DNA of 14,492 nucleotides from a virus (Duplodnaviria; Heunggongvirae; Uroviricota; Caudoviricetes), in IMG/VR virus record IMGVR_UViG_3300037156_000269, positions 160,626 through 175,117 of that record; one strand, written 5' to 3'. A program made the translations under genes and the position numbers. Numbering within the stretch: the first letter of the stretch is position 1; the number at the start of each line of letters is the position of its first letter. A model generated the notes under the pieces. It was given only the letters and a program-made list of their open reading frames with translations, did not search any database and was not told where the DNA came from. Shown here in pieces: positions 14,022 through 14,492 of this stretch.

Positions 14022-14492
14022 GTGCCTTTTAAAAGTCGTGCGCAATTTAGAAAATTCAAAACTCTTGTCGCTCAGGGCAAGATAAGCCAGGCGACCATGG
14101 ACGAGTGGACTGCATCGACTCCTGACCTAAAAGCTTTGCCTAATCGCCTTAAACCTAAGAAGAAAGCCAAAAAAGAAGCATCCACGTCACCAGATAGCCC
14201 GAAAACGAATCCCGACATTCCTCCTTACGTCGACGATAAACCTGGTGGCTGGACTCAAGGGGTCACGCCAAGCGTGGATTTCCAGAAGCTTTCCTTTATC
14301 GGCGGCTTCCTTAAAACCTCCAGCAAATCTCTCGCCGGCACGACTGATGCGGCACTCAAGAGGTATAACCAATCCGTCATAGAAAAGATCATGCCGAATC
14401 GTGCCACTAAATTGATGGAAAGATTGCGTGATAAATATCCGCACGCCTTCGCTCGCGGGGTAATGAAGACGGCCGAGCCCAGCCTATCGATG
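14022..14492 (+). CDS. Hypothetical phage protein with an MPFKS-x-AQ N-terminal module, partial (runs off the right edge; absent from the ORF track)
   Basis: GTG at 14022 lies 9 nt after GAGGAG (14007-14012). There are 157 open codons to the window end: MPFKSRAQFRKFKTLVAQGKISQATMDEWTASTPDLKALPNRLKPKKKAKKEAS...FIGGFLKTS...FARGVMKTAEPSLSM. Confidence 0.8.
   Translation, partial: MPFKSRAQFRKFKTLVAQGKISQATMDEWTASTPDLKALPNRLKPKKKAKKEASTSPDSPKTNPDIPPYVDDKPGGWTQGVTPSVDFQKLSFIGGFLKTSSKSLAGTTDAALKRYNQSVIEKIMPNRATKLMERLRDKYPHAFARGVMKTAEPSLSM

Noticed and set aside
2208-14444. Remaining short antisense or alternate-frame ORFs inside the large genes (e.g. 5265-5573, 7746-8123, 8448-8711, 13494-13813, 14187-14444)
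   Set aside because: All are nested in long coding regions, 60-125 aa, with no protein-like motifs. Such ORFs are expected by chance at this GC content.
1-14492. tRNA, rRNA, CRISPR arrays, introns/inteins, IS elements, DGR repeats, rho-independent terminators
   Set aside because: The window is almost entirely coding with gaps of 70 nt or less. No cloverleaf, repeat-spacer pattern, intein or homing-endonuclease motif, transposase, long near-identical repeat pair, or hairpin plus U tract was seen by eye.

Overview
A gene-dense, Shine-Dalgarno-led, standard-code segment of a large tailed phage or prophage with a contractile (myovirus-type) tail. No host core genes, RNA genes, CRISPR arrays or transposases were recognised. 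On the + strand the order is: tail assembly chaperone G (675-1355), whose -1 frame stays open to 1723 across an A_AAA_AAG slippery heptamer (G/GT-type programmed frameshift missed by the ORF track); tape measure protein (1786-4713); a 77 aa unknown; a tube-initiator-like protein; a gp27/gpD-like baseplate hub; a divergent sigma-70-family factor overlapping both neighbours; a 638 aa helical, charge-poor unknown; a gp25-like wedge; an enlarged baseplate J/gp6-like wedge; and an uncalled MPFKSRAQ-type ORF running off the right edge. Two small genes (a zinc-ribbon protein and an uncalled partial ORF) lie on the - strand at the left, divergent from the tail operon across overlapping sigma70-like promoters. 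The strongest signals are the frameshift and the degenerate sigma factor embedded in the baseplate operon, which may be virion-packaged. All product calls come from motif recognition and gene order; no database searches were run.
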